A stretch of 64,000 nt of DNA from Gammaproteobacteria bacterium. Lineage in GTDB: Bacteria; Pseudomonadota; Gammaproteobacteria; G965277405. How positions within the stretch are numbered: position 1 is the first letter of the stretch; every line of letters begins with the position of its first letter. The notes under the pieces are model-generated. The model searched no databases. It saw nothing but the letters and a program-made list of their open reading frames with translations, and was not told where the DNA came from. The position numbers were made by a program, and so were the translations under genes. The DNA lies in assembly GCA_965277405.1 (NCBI GenBank), contig OZ255726.1, forward strand, positions 224,001-288,000, in the 5' to 3' direction. Positions 60,385 through 64,000 of this stretch are shown piece by piece.

Positions 60385-61476
60385 TCATTGCGCATGCAAT
60401 GGCTGGATGTTCGCAATGATATTGCGCCATTGCGCTAGCTCGGCAATTCCAGGTTTACGTTTGCCAAATATTGTCGCGATAACTTTGTTATGTACGTCAA
60501 ATATTTCTAAGGCGGTCACTATGCCATCCACTGTTGGTTTTTTTGTTACCCAAATATGCGCAATTTGGTCTTCACGAAGATGCAGATTAAACATTGGGTC
60601 GAGTACGTTGTACCATGGACCGTGTTCAACTAGATTTTGTATCGTGCCAGTATGGATTTGAATGCAACCACGGTTGCCAACGAATACCATAATCGGGCAC
60701 TGTGTATCTTTTGCAGCCTCAAACACTTGGCGAATGGCATTGTTGGCAACTTGATAGGCAAAGTCATGCCCAATTAACCGAAAAGCTTGCCGCCGCGCAA
60801 CATTGAATTTTTTGAGCAATGGATGAAACGCATGTGTATCTTGTAAATTCTCCCATGCAATGCGTAGCCCTGCCGTATCAATTTCCGTGTCTGGTCTGTC
60901 ATCTGGATATGGCTGATATTGTTGAATCTTCACAGTATCAGGCTGTGTTGCTGCAGCGTAGGTTTGTACCAATGTATCATAGCCATGCTGATGCGATTTG
61001 GCTGTCAGGTAGATTTTGTGAATGGCCGCGCCAGACTTATCAAAAAATTGTAGGCTATTACGCGGCGTATCGTTTGGATGTTCTGTAACTGCAAAACTGT
61101 ATTGCCAATGCGACATAAACAAGCGCAAATCAATATCAGGATTAACCAACAGCCCGTGTCGACTGTGTTGCTCACCAAAAAATCCTGCTCCTTGGTACAC
61201 ACCATGGCGTTCATGCACACAATATTCATTGCGAGTAAGCGCCATGACTTCACCGAGCGGCTGTAGTGATTGTAACATCGTTTCGGGGTCTTGGCGTAAC
61301 CAGGTCACATCGGTACCGATTCTTGCCGTGAGCAATTCGCATTCTGATATCCCCAGCGCCTGTGCGGCATTGCGGGGACGCATTTTTGGTTGCTCTGCAT
61401 GTAATTTTTGCAAGCGTTGCCGTATTATTGTTGAACTGTCTAACTGTGCTGTTTGTTCCTGTGGTTGAGAGTACAT
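60385..61476 (-). CDS. hemS: Hemin-degrading/heme-trafficking protein HemS/ChuS/HmuS
   Basis: MALTRNE.CVHER.G, IDLRLF, SLQFFD, IMVFVGNRGCIQIHTG, FNLHLRED, FGKRKPG. Confidence 0.92.
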   Translation of the reverse strand: MYSQPQEQTAQLDSSTIIRQRLQKLHAEQPKMRPRNAAQALGISECELLTARIGTDVTWLRQDPETMLQSLQPLGEVMALTRNEYCVHERHGVYQGAGFFGEQHSRHGLLVNPDIDLRLFMSHWQYSFAVTEHPNDTPRNSLQFFDKSGAAIHKIYLTAKSHQHGYDTLVQTYAAATQPDTVKIQQYQPYPDDRPDTEIDTAGLRIAWENLQDTHAFHPLLKKFNVARRQAFRLIGHDFAYQVANNAIRQVFEAAKDTQCPIMVFVGNRGCIQIHTGTIQNLVEHGPWYNVLDPMFNLHLREDQIAHIWVTKKPTVDGIVTALEIFDVHNKVIATIFGKRKPGIAELAQWRNIIANIQPLHAQ

Positions 61477-61491
61477 ATAGATATCCTGAGG

Positions 61492-62212
61492 TTATTGAAT
61501 CATAAACTTTACAGGTACGCGTACCCATCCACAGGCTGGACTACCATTGCGGCGGAAAGGCGCGAATTCCCATTTTTTGACTGCAGTAAGTGTGGTTTAT
61601 CAAGCCGCACATACCCTGATGAATGTGCTATTTTTAGCTGTTCAGGCTCGCCACGGATGTTGCTATGGACGTGTAACACCACAGATTGTTGCTGACCAAG
61701 TTCAAGCGCGCGCCTTGGGTAGTAGGACCGCGTTTGCCGGCGATACTGAGCTGCTGTAATAATCATAGCAGTACTGCTTTGGCGGTTATTTTGTGGTACA
61801 TGGACGGCATCTGCTTGCGCAACTTTTGTTATTTTTGATGTTATGCTGGCTATTGGTGGTGGACTGCTGCTTGTATTTGTTGTTGTAGCTACTCGCGCGC
61901 CCTGCTGGATATTGGCTGGTGCTGCTGGACGCTTGGCTTGCATCAATTGTTTGTTGATTGTAGCCGCAGTTGGCTGTTTGCGCACCACTTGCAGATCTTT
62001 TTTCCGCAGCACTTTAACAGCTGTGCTAGCTGTGGGTATAGCTTTATTTGTTTTGCTAGCTGCTGGTATACGCAGCGCAGCGCGTTGTTGTTGCGTGTTT
62101 TCATTGTTTGGCTTTGCACCTGCTGCTGCTGCAGGCGGCATAATGTTTGTGTGCATTGTTGGCAATTCATTGCTGGTGCGTGGCAGCCTAGCAAGGTCGA
62201 TTGCCGCGGCAA
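61492..62212 (-). pseudogene. tonB: TonB energy transducer, frameshifted and 5'-truncated
   Basis: YYPRRA...SSGYVRLD, then frameshift to TAVKKWEFAP...WVRVPVKF*; low-complexity N-part begins at a MITE. Confidence 0.75.
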
Positions 62213-62216
62213 TTAG

Positions 62217-62501
62217 GGAAGCTCTGATTAAGTCCATGATGGGCGAGACGGAGAAAAAATGCTGATGAAACTTAAGCGCAGTGCACAGATAATACTGGTG
62301 GTATTATCAAGTGCTGCAACGACGTTAGCGCAGCGTTTTTTCCGTCCTTCTGTTGAATATACAACGGTTTGCTGCAATTGCTGCGCTTGCTGTGTTGCAT
62401 CCCTTGACGTATATGCTACGGCATGCGCCTGCGGAATGCGCCTTGCAATCATCAGCAATTGCAGGCAAACTCGCTCCATCAGCGACTTAATCAGAGGTTC
62501 C
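62217..62501 (+). mobile_element. MITE copy
   Basis: TTAG-GGAAGCTCTGATTAAGTC...GACTTAATCAGAGGTTCC-TTAT. Confidence 0.93.
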
Positions 62502-62573
62502 TTATGGCGTTGAAACTGACCGCAAAGTATTGCAGCCACTTGCCATAATGCGGGGTGATATTGCTGGTCATTG

Positions 62574-62849
62574 CTAACATTGAAAACTTGTTTGCACATG
62601 ATAGTTACGCCCTTGTGCAAATGCGCCAGCAAACACGTGTTGGTATTTTGTATCTGCTGGATTACCGATGCCTACATCAACAGTGATAACAGTGATGTTA
62701 TTCAGCCGTTGCGACTGCCATCTATAATATAGATTGTGCACGCTGTAGCCATCACGCTGTTTTGCAGGCTTGTTGACTTTATCATGTTTCGCTGCAAATG
62801 TGCCACGCCAGCCAATTGTAGCAGTTGCGTCAATTGTTGTGAATTTCAT
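62574..62849 (-). pseudogene. C-terminal remnant of a TonB-dependent (probably heme) receptor
   Basis: GYSVHNLYYRW...GIGNPADTKY...GRNY matches TBDR C-terminal strands; context tonB-hemS. Confidence 0.65.
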
Positions 62850-63148
62850 GCCAAGGTACGCGGTGGTTGTCGTTGGGGTAATTAACCAAGTGTTTGTTGA
62901 TCGAAATCAACTGAGCGTTTCGAGTCGGTTGCAGTGTGCATTCCTTGCTATTACGGATAATCCGTATTGGCTTATTCATTCTTAACAAGTCTTAAGCGCT
63001 GTAATGTGTTATCGAGGTGTTATCGAGGTGTTATCGACAATGTCAATGTCACGGTCAATGTCACGTTTGTTGCTACTGTAATCTAATTACTTGCTGCTTG
63101 CTGCTGCACCTGATTTAAATTAATCGAGCTAATCAACAAGTTAACCGT

Positions 63149-63167
63149 AATAAGAACGATTGTCATT
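63149..63167 (-). promoter_or_regulatory. Putative Fur box
   Basis: AATGACAATCGTTCTTATT, 15/19 match to AATGATAATCATTATCATT; upstream of the heme-uptake remnants. Confidence 0.6.
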
Positions 63168-63267
63168 TAGCGCAGCGGTATAGTCAATAGCTACACCTTG
63201 AATTAATAAAGAAACTTGAATTAACAAAGAAAAATGTGCGGCTCAGTCAAACAATGCTGTTGCTGAT

Positions 63268-63582
63268 GAAAGCTCTGATTAAGTCCATGACGGGCGAGAC
63301 GGAAAAAACGAAGATGAAACTTAAGCGCAGTGCGCAGCTAATACTAGTGGGTCTTGTGGGTCTTGTGGGTATTGCCAAGTGCTGCAACGACGTTAGCGCA
63401 GCATTTTTTCCCGTCATTCTGTTGCATATACTTTGGGTTTGCGGCAATTGCTTACGCTTGCTGTGTTGCATCCCTTGGCGTATATGCTACGGCATGCGCC
63501 AGCGAATGCGCGCGGTTTGCGCCTTGCCATCATCAGCAATTGCAGGCAAACTCGTTCCATCAGCGACTTAATCAGAGCTTCC
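63268..63582 (+). mobile_element. MITE copy
   Basis: GAAAGCTCTGATTAAGTC...GACTTAATCAGAGCTTCC; internal GTGGGTCTT duplication. Confidence 0.92.
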
Positions 63583-63633
63583 TTATACAACCTACGTTTT
63601 TAAACGATTAAAATACTGGAGCATACAACTAAC

Positions 63634-63710
63634 TGGCGGAGCGGACGGGGCTCGAACCCGCGACCCCCGGCGTGACAGGCCGGTATTCTAACCAACTGAA
63701 CTACCGCTCC
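63634..63710 (-). tRNA. tRNA-Asp(GTC)
   Basis: GGAGCGGTAGTTCAGTTGG...CTGTCAC...GGTTCGAG...CCA. Confidence 0.97.
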
Positions 63711-63715
63711 AATTT

Positions 63716-63791
63716 TGGTGGGTGCTACAGGGCTTGAACCTGTGACCTCCGCCGTGTAAAGGCGGCGCTCTCCCAACTGAGCTAAGCACCC
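63716..63791 (-). tRNA. tRNA-Val(TAC)
   Basis: GGGTGCTTAGCTCAG...TTTACAC...GGTTCAAG...CCA. Confidence 0.97.
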
Positions 63792-64000
63792 GTAGAGCGA
63801 GAATTGTATGTCCAGATTAAGGTATGTCAATTAGAGTTAGTGGGTTTGTTAATGGCTAAAGTGGTTGTTGCTATTGATATTGCAGGCTTTGCTAGCTATA
63901 TTTAGATTAGTGGAATCTACAGTATTGTGCGTAGACAGATGGCAAAATTGTGCGTATAATTGCACAACATAATTTGTTCAAAAAAAACACCCTTCAAATA

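Noticed and set aside
63600-63830. 76-aa ORF
   Set aside because: It overlaps two tRNA genes.

Overview
This 64-kb window is bacterial chromosome, most likely proteobacterial judging by S18, MreB and the tmRNA tag. It shows heavy mobile-element activity and gene decay, consistent with (but not proof of) a host-associated lineage. Housekeeping content includes gap, aroD, sppA, rpsF-rpsR-rplI-rpsT, tmRNA, mreB, a Moco operon, a partial T2SS (gspJKLMN plus a gspC-like gene) and tRNA-Val/Asp. An approximately 300-bp IS5-type MITE (18-bp TIR GGAAGCTCTGATTAAGTC) occurs as 13 near-complete copies plus about 8 fragments, often exactly at stop or start codons. One fragment now encodes the C-terminus of ribosomal protein S20. 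A decayed IS5 with matching ends is the likely autonomous partner, and an IS1595 sits inside an older copy of itself. The most interesting accessory loci are: (i) a 13-kb cluster of PxpA/LamB, BCCP, biotin carboxylase, two carboxyltransferase subunits, GabT, an ABC importer with a TorT-like binding protein and a Tat-exported amino-acid monooxygenase/oxidase, proposed as an amide/lactam catabolic pathway; (ii) a natural single-chain Rieske oxygenase-reductase (GbcA-GbcB-like) fusion with a tandem-repeat linker; (iii) an AT-rich two-gene DUF262 (GmrSD/TgvAB-like) defence cassette next to ssrA, bracketed by 44-bp direct repeats. All calls come from motif recognition by eye; no searches were run.
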